From the human T2T-CHM13v2.0 reference genome, Homo sapiens, in assembly GCF_009914755.1 (NCBI RefSeq), contig NC_060948.1: a stretch of 64,000 bases of DNA. One strand, given 5' to 3'. Every line of letters starts with the position of its first letter. Position 1 is the stretch's first letter. The notes beneath the pieces are model-generated. The model did no database searches. It was not told the DNA's origin and saw nothing but the letters and a program-made list of their open reading frames with translations. The position numbers and the translations under genes were made by a program. This document shows, piece by piece, positions 25,204 to 39,464 of this stretch.

Positions 25204-28200
25204 AGGCCTGGAATAAAGTGGAATGCTACGGTCTCGAATGGAATAAAAATGTATGGAATGGAATGCAATGAAACGGAATCGAATGTCATAGAATGTAATG
25301 GAATGCAAAAAAATGGAATCCAAAATCATTGACTGGAAAGGCTGGGTGTCGAAAGGAATTGACTCCAATGGAATGGAATCGAATGGAATGGAAGTGAATA
25401 GAATCGAACTAAATCGAATGGAATGGAATTGATAGGAACGGAATGGAAAGGAATGCAATGATTTGGCATGGAATGGAATCGAATGGCATCGAATGGAATG
25501 GAATGGAATGCAATGGAATGGAATGTATTAGAATATAATGAACTTTAATGGAATGTACTCGAATGGATTCGACTGGAATGGAATGTTCTGGAAATGAATG
25601 GACTCCAATGGAATGGATTCAAAAGGAATGGAATCGTACGGAATGGAATCTAATGGAATGGAATTAAATGGAAATGAATCAAATTGAATAGCACGGAATT
25701 GAATTGAATGGAATGGAATGCAATGGAATCTAATGAAACGGAAAGGAAAGGAATGGAATGGAATGGAATGGGCTGGAATGGAAAGGAATCGAAACGAATG
25801 GAATGGAATCGAACTGAAGAGACTGGAATGGAATGCACTGGAATGGAAGGGAGTGTAATGGAAGGTTCTCGAAAAAAATGGAATCGAATGGAATGGAATT
25901 GAATGGAACGGAATAGAGTCGAATGGAATTGAATGGAATGGAATGGACTAGAGTGAAATGAATCGAACCACAAGGAATGGACAGGAATAGAATGGTCTCG
26001 AATTGAATGGAATCGTATGGAATGGCATCAAACGGAATGGAATGGACAGCCACGGAATGGAATGCACTCGAATGCAATGGAGTCGAAACTAATGGACTGG
26101 AGTAGAATGGACTCGACTGGTACGGACTCCAATGGAATGGAATCGAATGGAAGGGAATCGAACGGAATGGACTCGAAGGGAAAAGACTGCAATGGAAAGG
26201 TCTCGAATGGAATGGAAATTAATGGAATGGAATGGAATCGACTGAAATGGAGTCAAAAGGAATGGAATCGAATGGCAAGAAATCGAATGTAATGGAATCG
26301 CAAGGAATTGATGTGAACGGAACGGAATGGAATGGAATCCAAAGGAATGGAATAGAATGGAATGGAATCGAATGGAAAGGACTCGAATGGAAATCACTCG
26401 AATAGAATGCAATTTAATAAAATAGGATCAAATGTAATGGAATGGAATGGAAAGGAATCGAAACGAAAGGAATGGAGACAGATGGAATGGAATGGAACAG
26501 AGAGCAATGGTATAGAATGGAATGGAATCATCTGGAATGGAATTGAATGGAATGGAATAATATGAAATGGAATGGAATGGAATGGAATGGAATGCCCTTG
26601 AATTAAATGGACTAGAATGGAATGGACTCGAACAGAGTGGAATGGAAAGTGTTGAGATAGAATGGAATGGACTCCTTTGGAATGGTGTAGTATGCAATGC
26701 AATCGACTGGCAGGGAATCAAAAGGAATGTAATGGAATGGATTGGACTGGAATGCAATGGACTCGAATAGATTGGAAACGGAATGCAAAGGAATGGAATG
26801 GAATAGTATGGAATGGAATGGAAAGGAATGGAGTGGAATAGACTAGAGTGGAATGGAATGGACTGGAAAGCAATGGACTGGAATGGAACTTTCTTGAATG
26901 GACTGGAATCAAACGGAATGGAATGCAATGCAATCAAATGGCATGGAATAAAATAGAATGAAAGAGAATCAAATGGAATTGAATCGAATGGAATCGAATG
27001 GATTGGAAAGGAATAGAATGGAATGGAATGGAATTGACTCAAATGGAATGGACTAGAATGGAATGGATTCGAATGGAAGGCAAAGGAATGGAATCTATTG
27101 GAATGGACTGTAATGGAATGGAATGGAAGGGATTGGAATGGACTCGAATGGAATGGACTGCAATAGAAAGGATTCGAATGGAATGAAAAAGAATTGAATG
27201 GAATAGAACAGAATGGAATCAAATCGAATGAAATGGAATGGAATAGAAAGGAATGGAATGAAATGGAATGGAAAGGATTCGAATGGAATGCAATCGAATG
27301 GAATGGAATCGAACGGAATGGAATAAAATGGAAGAAAACAGGCAAGAAATGGAATCGAAAGGAATGGAGTGTTATGGAACGGACTCAAAAGGAATTGAAT
27401 GTAATAGAATGGAGTGGAGTGGACTCGAATATAATGGACTGGAATGGAATGAAATCACATGGAATGGGAACGAATGGAATGGAATGGAAAGGAATGGAAT
27501 CGAATGGAAAGGAATCGAATGGAAAGGAATCGAATGGAAGGGAATGAAATTGAATCAACAGGAATGGAAGGGAATAGAATAGACGGTAATGGAATGGACT
27601 CGAATAGAATGGACACGAATGCTCAAATTGAATGGACTAGAATGGAATGGAAACGAAAGGAATGTCATCGAATGGAATTGAATGGATTGGAATGAAATCG
27701 CGTAGAATGGAGTGGAATCAAATGGAATTGAATCGAAAGGAAAGGAAGCGAATGGACTGAAATGAAATGGAATGGAATTGAATGGAAAGTAATGCAATGG
27801 AATAGAATGGAACGAAATTTCACGGAATGGAATCAAACTGAATGGAATCAAATCAATGGAATCAAATCAAATGGAATGGAAAGGAATTGAATGGAGTAGA
27901 TTGGATTGGATGGGATTGGAATGAAATGTACTGGAAAGGACTCGAATTTCATGAAACGGAATGGAATGAATTGGAACGGAATGGACTCGAATGGAATGGA
28001 ATGTCATGGAATGGCATCAAATGGAATGGCATCAAATGGAATGGAATCGAATGCAATGGAATGCTATGGAATGGAATGGAATGCATTGGAATGGAATGTC
28101 CTCTAATGGAATGGATTCGAGTGGAATGGAATCGAATATAATGGAGTCGAATGAAATGGAATTGAAAGGAATGGGATCGAATACAATGGAATATACTGGA

Positions 28201-28781
28201 AAGTAATGTAATGAACTCGAATGTAATTGACTGGAATGGAATGTACATGAATGGAATGTAATCGAATGGAAAGTAATCCAATGGAATAGAATCTAATGCA
28301 ATAAAATCGACTCAGATAGAGTAGAATGTAATGGAATGGAGTGCAGTGCAATGCAATGGAATGGAATGGAATGCAATGGAATGGAATGGAATGGAATGGA
28401 ATGGAATGGAATGGAATGGGATGGAATGGTATGGAATGGATAGTAGTGGACTGGAGTGAAATGGACTGGAAAGGAATGGACTCAAATTGAAAGGGCTCGA
28501 AAGGAATGGAGTCAAATGGAATGGTCTGGAATGGAATGAACACGAATGTAATGCAATCCAATAGAATGGAATCGAATGGCATGGAATATAAAGAAATGGA
28601 TTCGAAGAGAATGGAAACAAATGGTATGGAATTGAATGGAATGGAATTGAATGGAATGGGAACGAATGGAGTGAAATTGTATGCAGTAGAAGGGAATAGA
28701 ATGGAATGCAAGCGAAAGGAAAGGAATGGATTGGAATGGAATGGAATTCATTGGAATGGAAGGGAATGTAGTGTAATGGAC
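25204..28781 (+). repeat. DYZ1 unit U8, 3,578 bp, B/C chimera
   Basis: Shares the 1-bp deletion (~25960), the 15-bp duplication (27506-27535) and atcgcgtag with U7. Confidence 0.88.
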
Positions 28782-31700
28782 AGGCCTGGAATAAAGTGGA
28801 ATGCTACGGTCTCGAATGGAATAAAAATGTATGGAATGGAATGCAATGAAACGGAATCGAATGTCATAGAATGTAATGGAATGCAAAAAAATGGAATCCA
28901 AAATCATTGACTGGAAAGGCTGGGTGTCGAAAGGAATTGACTCCAATGGAATGGAATCGAATGGAGTGGAAGTGAATAGAATCGAACTAAATCGAATGGA
29001 ATGGAATTGATAGGAACGGAATGGAAAGGAATGCAATGATTTGGCACGGAATGGAATCGAATGGCATCGAATGGAATGGAATGGAATGCAATGGAATGGA
29101 ACGTATTAGAATGTAATGAACTTTAATGGAATGTACTCGAATGGATTCGACTGGAATGGAATGTTCTGGAAGTGAATGGACTCCAATGGAATGGATTCAA
29201 AAGGAATGGAATCGTACGGAATGGAATCTAATGGAATGGAATTAAATGGAAATGAATCAAATTGAATAGCATGGAATTGAATTGAATGGAATCGAATGCA
29301 ATGGAATCTAATGAAACGGAAAGGAAAGGAATGGAATGGAATGGAATGGGCTGGAATGGAAAGGAATCAAAACGAATGGAATGGAATCGAACTGAAGAGA
29401 CTGGAATGGAATGCACTGGAATGGAAGGGAGTGTAATGGAAGGTTCTCGAAAAAAATGGAATCGAATGGAATGGAATTGAATGGAACGGAATAGAGTCGA
29501 ATGGAATTGAATGGAATGGAATGGACTAGAGTGAAATGGAATCGAACCACAAGGAATGGACAGGAATAGAATGGTCTCGAATTGAATGGAATCGTATGGA
29601 ATGGCATCAAACGGAATGGAATGGACAGCCACGGAATGGAATGCACTCGAATGCAATGGAGTCGAAACTAATGGACTGGAATAGAATGGACTCGACTGGT
29701 ACGGACTCCAATGGAATGGAATCGAATGGAAGGGAATCGAACGGAATGGACTCGAAGGGAAAAGACTGCAATGGAAAGGTCTCGAATGGAATGGAAACAA
29801 ATGGAACGGAATGGAATCGAATGAAATGGAGTCAAAAGGAATGGAATCGAATGGCAAGAAATCGAATGTAATGGAATCGCAAGGAATTGATGTGAACGGA
29901 ACGGAATGGAATGGAATCCAAAGGAATGGAATAGAATGGAATGGAATCGAATGGAAAGGACTCGAATGGAAATCACTCGAATAGAATGCAATTTAATAAA
30001 ATAGGACCAAATGTAATGGAATGGAATGGAAAGGAATCGAAACGGAAGGAATGGAGACAGATGGAATGGAATGGAACAGAGAGCAATGGTATAGAATGGA
30101 ATGGAATCATCTGGAATGGAATGGAATGGAATGGAATGAAATGCCCTTGAATTAAATGGACTGGAATGGAATGGACTCGAACAGAGTGGAATGGAAAGTG
30201 TTGAGATAGAATGGAATGGACTCCTTTGGAATGGTCTAGTATGCAATGCAATCGACTGGCAGGGAATCAAAAGAATGTAATCGAATGGATTGGACTGGAA
30301 TGCAATGGACTCGAATAGATTGCAAACGGAATGCAAAGGAATGGAATGGAATAGTATGGAATGGAATGGAAAGGAATGGAGTGGAATAGACTAGAGTGGA
30401 ATGGAATGGACTGGAAAGAAATGGACTGGAATGGAACTTTCTTGAATGGACTGGAATCAAACGGAATGGAATGCAATGCAATCAAATGGCATGGAATAAA
30501 ATAGAATGAAAGAGAATCAAATGGAATTGAATCGAATGGAATCGAATGGATTGGAAAGGAATAGAATGGAATGGAATGGAATGGACTCAAATGGAATGGA
30601 CTAGAATGGAATGGATTCGAATGGAAGGCAAAGGAATGGAATCTATTGGAATGGACTGTAATGGAATGGAATGGAAGGGATTGGAATGGACTCGAATGGA
30701 ATGGACTGCAATAGAAAGGATTCGAATGGAATGAAAAAGAATTGAATGGAATAGAACAGAATGGAATCAAATCGAATGAAATGGAATGGAATAGAAAGGA
30801 ATGGAATGAAATGGAATGGAAAGGATTCGAATGGAATGCAATCGAATGGAATGGAATCGAACGGAATGGAATAAAATGGAAGAAAACTGGCAAGAAATGG
30901 AATCGAAATGAATGGAGTGTTATGGAACGGACTCAAAAGGAATTGAATGTAATAGAATGGAGTGGAGTGGACTCGAATATAATGGACTGGAATGGAATGA
31001 AATCACATGGAATGGGAACGAATGGAATGGAATGGAAAGGAATGGAATCGAATGGAAAGGAATCGAATGGAAGGGAATGAAATTGAATCAACAGGAATGG
31101 AAGGGAATAGAATAGACGGTAATGGAATGGACTCGAATAGAATGGACACGAATGCTCAAATTGAATGGACTCGAATGGAATGGAAACGAAAGGAATGTCA
31201 TCGAATGGAATTGAATCGATTGGAATGAAATCGCATAGAATGGAGTGGAATCAAATGGAATTGAATCGAAAGGAAAGGAAGCGAATGGACTGAAATGAAA
31301 TGGAATGGAATTGAATGGAAAATAATGCAATGGAATAGAATGGAACGAAATTTCACGGAATGGAATCAAACTGAATGGAATCAAATCAATGGAATCTAAT
31401 CAAATGGAATGGAAAGGAATTGAATGGAGTAGATTGGATTGGATGGGATTGGAATGAAATGTACTGGAAAGGACTCGAATTTCATGAAACGGAATGGAAT
31501 GAATTGGAACGGAATGGACTCGAATGGAATGGAATGTCATGGAATGGCATCAAATGGAATGGCATCAAATGGAATGGAATCGAATGCAGTGGAATGTTAT
31601 GGAATGGAATGGAATGCATTGGAATGGAATGTCCTCTAATGGAATGGATTCGAGTGGAATGGAATCGAATATAATGGAGTCGAATGAAATGGAATTGAAA

Positions 31701-32323
31701 GGAATGGGATCGAATAGAATGGAATATACTGGAATGTAATGTAATGAACTCGAATGTAATTGACTGGAATGGAATGTACATGAATGGAATGTAATCGAAT
31801 GGAAAGTAATCCAATGGAATAGAATCTAATGCAATAAAACCGACTCAGATAGAGTAGAATGTAATGGAATGGAGTGCAGTGCAATGGAATGGAATGGAAT
31901 TGAATGCAATGGAATGGAATGGAATGGAATGGAATGGAATGGAATGGAATGGAATGGAATGGGATGGAATGGTATGGAATGGATAGTAATGGACTGGAGT
32001 GAAATGGACTGGAAGGAATGGACTCAAATTGAAAGGGCTCGAAAGGAATGGAGTCAAATGGAATGGTCTGGAATGGAATGAACACGAATGTAATGCAATC
32101 CAATAGAATGGAATCGAATGGCATGGAATATAAAGAAATGGATTCGAAGAGAATGGAAACAAATGGAATGGAATTGAATGGAATGGAATTGAATGGAATG
32201 GGAACGAATGGAGTGAAATTGTATGCAGTAGAAGGGAATAGAATGGAATGCAAGCGAAAGGAAAGGAATGGATTGGAATGGAATGGAATTCATTGGAATG
32301 GAAGGGAATGTAGTGTAATGGAC
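28782..32323 (+). repeat. DYZ1 unit U9, 3,542 bp, A/D chimera
   Basis: A-type 30-bp deletion at ~30113; 1-bp deletions at ~30273 and ~32014; D-type tail. Confidence 0.88.
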
Positions 32324-35300
32324 AGGCCTGGAATAAAGTGGAATGCTACGGTCTCGAATGGAATAAAAATATATGGAATGGAATGCAATGAAACGGAATC
32401 GAATGTCATAGAATGTAATGGAATGCAACAAAATGGAATCCAAAATCATTGACTGGAAAGGCTGGGTGTCGAAAGGAATTGACTCCAATGGAATGGAAAC
32501 GAATGGAATGGAAGTGAATAGAATGGAACTAAATCGAATGGAATGGAATTGATAGGAACGGAATGGAAAGGAATGCAATGATTTGGCATGGAATGGAATC
32601 GAATGGCATCGAATGGAATGGAATGGAATGGAATGGAATGGAATGTATTAGAATGTAATGAGCTTTAATGGAATGTACTCGAATGGATTCGACTGGAATG
32701 GAATGTTCTGGAAGTGAATGGACTCCAATGGAATGGATTCAAAAGGAATGGAATCGTACGGAATGGAATCTAATGGAATGGAATTAAATGGAAATGAATC
32801 AAATTGAATAGCACGGAATTGAATTGAATGGAATGGAATGCAATGGAATCTAATGAAACGGAAAGGAAAGGAATGGAATGGAATGGAATGGGCTGGAATG
32901 GAAAGGAATCGAAACGAATGGAATGGAATCGAACTGAAGAGACTGGAATGGAATGCACTGGAATGGAAGGGAGTGTAATGGAAGGTTCTCGAAAAAAATG
33001 GAATCGAATGGAATGGAATTGAATGGAACGGAATAGAGTCGAATGGAATTGAATGGAATGGAATGGACTAGAGTGAAATGGAATCGAACCACAAGGAATG
33101 GAGAGGAATAGAATGGTCTCGAATTGAATGGAATCGTATGGAATGGCATCAAACGGAATGGAATGGACAGCCACGGAATGGAATGCACTCGAATGCAATG
33201 GAGTCGAAACTAATGGAATGGAATAGAATGGACTCGACTGGTACGGACTCCAATGGAATGGAATCGAATGGAAGGGAATCGAACGGAATGGACTCGAAGG
33301 GAAAAGACTGCAATGGGAAGGTCTCGAATGGAATGGAAATTAATGGAATGGAATGGAATCGAATGAAATGGAGTCAAAAGGAATGGAATCGAATGGCAAG
33401 AAATCGAATGTAATGGAATCGCAAGGAATTGATGTGAACGGAACGGAATGGAATGGAATCCAAAGGAATGGAATAGAATGGAATGGAATCGAATGGAAAG
33501 GACTCGAATGGAAATCACTCGAATAGAATGCAATTTAATAAAATAGGATCAAATGTAATGGAATGGAATGGAAAGGAATCGAAACGAAAGGAATGGAGAC
33601 AGATGGAATGGAATAGAACAGAGAGCAATGGTATAGAATGGAATGGAATCATCTGGAATGGAATTGAATGGAATGGAATAATATGAAATGGAATGGAATG
33701 GAATGGAATGGAATGCCCTTGAATTAAATGGACTGGAATGGAATGGACTCGAACAGAGTGGAATGGAAAGTGTTGAGATAGAATGGAATGGACTCCTTTG
33801 GAATGGTGTAGTATGCAATGCAATCGACTGGCAGGGAATCAAAAGGAATGTAATCGAATGGATTGGACTGGAATGCAATGGACTCGAATAGATTGCAAAC
33901 GGAATGCAAAGGAATGGAATGGAATAGTATGGAATGGAATGGAAAGGAATGGAGTGGAATAGACTAGAGTGGAATGGAATGGACTGGAAAGCAATGGACT
34001 GGAATGGAACTTTCTTGAATGGACTGGAATCAAACGGAATGGAATGCAATGCAATCAAATGGCATGGAATAAAATAGAATGAAAGAGAATCAAATGGAAT
34101 TGAATCGAATGGAATCGAATGGATTGGAAAGGAATAGAATGGAATGGAATGGAATGGACTCAAATGGAATGGACTAGAATGGAATGGATTCGAATGGAAG
34201 GCAAAGGAATGGAATCTATTGGAATGGACTGTAATGGAATGGAATGGAAGGGATTGGAATGGACTCGAATGGAATGGACTGCAATAGAAAGGATTCGAAT
34301 GGAATGAAAAAGAATTGAATGGAATAGAACAGAATGGAATCAAATCGAATGAAATGCAATGGAATAGAAAGGAATGGAATGAAATGGAATGGAAAGGATT
34401 CGAATGGAATGCAATCGAATGGAATGGAATCGAACGGAATGGAATAAAATGGAAGAAAACTGGCAAGAAATGGAATCGAAATGAATGGAGTGTTATGGAA
34501 CGGACTCAAAAGGAATTGAATGTAATAGAATGGAGTGGAGTGGACTCGAATATAATGGACTGGAATGGAATGAAATCACATGGAATGGGAACGAATGGAA
34601 TGGAATGGAAAGGAATGGAATCGAATGGAAAGGAATCGAATGGAAGGGAATGAAATTGAATCAACAGGAATGGAAGGGAATAGAATAGACGGTAATGGAA
34701 TGGACTCGAATAGAATGGACACGAATGCTGAAATTGAATGGACTCGAACGGAATGGAAACGAAAGGAATGTCATCGAATGGAATTGAATCGATTGGAATG
34801 AAATCGCATAGAATGGAGTGGAATCAAATGGAATTGAATCGAAAGGAAAGGAAGCGAATGGACTGAAATGAAATGGAATGGAATTGAATGGAAAGTAATG
34901 CAATGGAATAGAATGGAACGAAATTTCACGGAATGGAATCAAACTGAATGGAATCAAATCAATGGAATCTAATCAAATGGAATGGAAATGAATTGAATGG
35001 AGTAGATTGGATTGGATGGGATTGGAATGAAATGTACTGGAAAGGACTCGAATTTCATGAAACGGAATGGAATGAATTGGAACGGAATGGACTCGAATGG
35101 AATGGAATGTCATGGAATGGCATCAAATGGAATGGCATCAAATGGAATGGAATCGAATGCAATGGAATGTTATGGAATGGAATGGAATGCATTGGAATGG
35201 AATGTCCTCTAATGGAATGGATTCGAGTGGAATGGAATCGAATATAATGGAGTCGAATGAAATGGAATTGAAAGGAATGGGATCGAATAGAATGGAATAT

Positions 35301-35896
35301 ACTGGAATGTAATGTAATGAACTCGAATGTAATTGACTGGAATGGAATGTACATGAATGGAATGTAATCGAATGGAAAGTAATCCAATGGAATAGAATCT
35401 AATGCAATAAAACCGACTCAGATAGAGTAGAATGTAATGGAATGGAGTGCAGTGCAATGGAATGGAATGGAATTGAATGCAATGGAATGGAATGGAATGG
35501 AATGGAATGGAATGGAATGGAATGGAATGGAATGGGATGGAATGGTATGGAATGGATAGTAATGGACTGGAGTGAAATGGACTGGAAGGAATGGACTCAA
35601 ATTGAAAGGGCTCGAAAGGAATGGAGTCAAATGGAATGGTCTGGAATGGAATGAACACGAATGTAATGCAATCCAATAGAATGGAATCGAATGGCATGGA
35701 ATATAAAGAAATGGATTCGAAGAGAATGGAAACAAATGGAATGGAATTGAATGGAATGGAATTGAATGGAATGGGAACGAATGGAGTGAAATTGTATGCA
35801 GTAGAAGGGAATAGAATGGAATGCAAGCGAAAGGAAAGGAATGGATTGGAATGGAATGGAATTCATTGGAATGGAAGGGAATGTAGTGTAATGGAC
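32324..35896 (+). repeat. DYZ1 unit U10, 3,573 bp, D-type
   Basis: AGCT at 32661, gcaatgggaagg, gctgaaatt, 1-bp deletion at ~35587. Confidence 0.9.
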
Positions 35897-38800
35897 AGGC
35901 CTGGAATAAAGTGGAATGCTACGGTCTCGAATGGAATAAAAATATATGGAATGGAATGCAATGAAACGGAATCGAATGTCATAGAATGTAATGGAATGCA
36001 ACAAAATGGAATCCAAAATCATTGACTGGAAAGGCTGGGTGTCGAAAGGAATTGACTCCAATGGAATGGAATCGAATGGAATGGAAGTGAATAGAATCGA
36101 ACTAAATCGAATGGAATGGAATTGATAGGAACGGAATGGAAAGGAATGCAATGATTTGGCATGGAATGGAATCGAATGGCATCGAATGGAATGGAATGGA
36201 ATGGAATGGAATGGAATGTATTAGAATGTAATGAGCTTTAATGGAATGTACTCGAATGGATTCGACTGGAATGGAATGTTCTGGAAGTGAATGGACTCCA
36301 ATGGAATGGATTCAAAAGGAATGCAATCGTACGGAATGGAATCTAATGGAATGGAATTAAATGGAAATGAATCAAATTGAATAGCACGGAATTGAATTGA
36401 ATGGAATGGAATGCAATGGAATCTAATGAAACGGAAAGGAAAGGAATGGAATGGAATGGAATGGGCTGGAATGGAAAGGAATCGAAACGAATGGAATGGA
36501 ATCGAACTGAAGAGACTGGAATGGAATGCACTGGAATGGAAGGGAGTGTAATGGAAGGTTCTCGAAAAAAATGGAATCGAATGGAATGGAATTGAATGGA
36601 ACGGAATAGAGTCGAATGGAATTGAATGGAATGGAATGGACTAGAGTGAAATGGAATCGAACCACAAGGAATGGAGAGGAATAGAATGGTCTCGAATTGA
36701 ATGGAATCGTATGGAATGGCATCAAACGGAATGGAATGGACAGCCACGGAATGGAATGCACTCGAATGCAATGGAGTCGAAACTAATGGAATGGAATAGA
36801 ATGGACTCGACTGGTACGGACTCCAATGGAATGGAATCGAATGGAAGGGAATCGAACGGAATGGACTCGAAGGGAAAAGACTGCAATGGGAAGGTCTCGA
36901 ATGGAATGGAAATTAATGGAATGGAATGGAATCGAATGAAATGGAGTCAAAAGGAATGGAATCGAATGGCAAGAAATCGAATGTAATGGAATCGCAAGGA
37001 ATTGATGTGAACGGAACGGAATGGAATGGAATCCAAAGGAATGGAATAGAATGGAATGGAATCGAATGGAAAGGACTCGAATGGAAATCACTCGAATAGA
37101 ATGCAATTTAATAAAATAGGATCAAATGTAATGGAATGGAATGGAAAGGAATCGAAACGAAAGGAATGGAGACAGATGGAATGGAATAGAACAGAGAGCA
37201 ATGGTATAGAATGGAATGGAATCATCTGGAATGGAATTGAATGGAATGGAATAATATGAAATGGAATGGAATGGAATGGAATGGAATGCCCTTGAATTAA
37301 ATGGACTGGAATGGAATGGACTCGAACAGAGTGGAATGGAAAGTGTTGAGATAGAATGGAATGGACTCCTTTGGAATGGTGTAGTATGCAATGCAATCGA
37401 CTGGCAGGGAATCAAAAGGAATGTAATCGAATGGATTGGACAGGAATGCAATGGACTCGAATAGATTGCAAACGGAATGCAAAGGAATGGAATGGAATAG
37501 TATGGAATGGAATGGAAAGGAATGGAGTGGAATAGACTAGAGTGGAATGGAATGGACTGGAAAGCAATGGACTGGAATGGAACTTTCTTGAATGGACTGG
37601 AATCAAACGGAATGGAATGCAATGCAATCAAATGGCATGGAATAAAATAGAATGAAAGAGAATCAAATGGAATTGAATCGAATGGAATCGAATGGATTGG
37701 AAAGGAATAGAATGGAATGGAATGGAATGGACTCAAATGGAATGGACTAGAATGGAATGGATTCGAATGGAAGGCAAAGGAATGGAATCTATTGGAATGG
37801 ACTGTAATGGAATGGAATGGAAGGGATTGGAATGGACTCGAATGGAATGGACTGCAATAGAAAGGATTCGAATGGAATGAAAAAGAATTGAATGGAATAG
37901 AACAGAATGGAATCAAATCGAATGAAATGCAATGGAATAGAAAGGAATGGAATGAAATGGAATGGAAAGGATTCGAATGGAATGCAATCGAATGGAATGG
38001 AATCGAACGGAATGGAATAAAATGGAAGAAAACTGGCAAGAAATGGAATCGAAATGAATGGAGTGTTATGGAACGGACTCAAAAGGAATTGAATGTAATA
38101 GAATGGAGTGGAGTGGACTCGAATATAATGGACTGGAATGGAATGAAATCACATGGAATGGGAACGAATGGAATGGAATGGAAAGGAATGGAATCGAATG
38201 GAAAGGAATCGAATGGAAGGGAATGAAATTGAATCAACAGGAATGGAAGGGAATAGAATAGACGGTAATGGAATGGACTCGAATAGAATGGACACGAATG
38301 CTGAAATTGAATGGACTCGAACGGAATGGAAACGAAAGGAATGTCATCGAATGGAATTGAATCGATTGGAATGAAATCGCATAGAATGGAGTGGAATCAA
38401 ATGGAATTGAATCGAAAGGAAAGGAAGCGAATGGACTGAAATGAAATGGAATGGAATTGAATGGAAAGTAATGCAATGGAATAGAATGGAACGAAATTTC
38501 ACGGAATGGAATCAAACTGAATGGAATCAAATCAATGGAATCTAATCAAATGGAATGGAAATGAATTGAATGGAGTAGATTGGATTGGATGGGATTGGAA
38601 TGAAATGTACTGGAAAGGACTCGAATTTCATGAAACGGAATGGAATGAATTGGAACGGAATGGACTCGAATGGAATGGAATGTCATGGAATGGCATCAAA
38701 TGGAATGGCATCAAATGGAATGGAATCGAATGCAATGGAATGTTATGGAATGGAATGGAATGCATTGGAATGGAATGTCCTCTAATGGAATGGATTCGAG

Positions 38801-39464
38801 TGGAATGGAATCGAATATAATGGAGTCGAATGAAATGGAATTGAAAGGAATGGGATCGAATAGAATGGAATATACTGGAATGTAATGTAATGAACTCGAA
38901 TGTAATTGACTGGAATGGAATGTACATGAATGGAATGTAATCGAATGGAAAGTAATCCAATGGAATAGAATCTAATGCAATAAAACCGACTCAGATAGAG
39001 TAGAATGTAATGGAATGGAGTGCAGTGCAATGGAATGGAATGGAATTGAATGCAATGGAATGGAATGGAATGGAATGGAATGGAATGGAATGGAATGGAA
39101 TGGGATGGAATGGTATGGAATGGATAGTAATGGACTGGAGTGAAATGGACTGGAAGGAATGGACTCAAATTGAAAGGGCTCGAAAGGAATGGAGTCAAAT
39201 GGAATGGTCTGGAATGGAATGAACACGAATGTAATGCAATCCAATAGAATGGAATCGAATGGCATGGAATATAAAGAAATGGATTCGAAGAGAATGGAAA
39301 CAAATGGAATGGAATTGAATGGAATGGAATTGAATGGAATGGGAACGAATGGAGTGAAATTGTATGCAGTAGAAGGGAATAGAATGGAATGCAAGCGAAA
39401 GGAAAGGAATGGATTGGAATGGAATGGAATTCATTGGAATGGAAGGGAATGTAGTGTAATGGAC
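35897..39464 (+). repeat. DYZ1 unit U11, 3,568 bp, D-type
   Basis: Near-identical to U10, with one GGAAT fewer in the variable tract. Confidence 0.9.
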
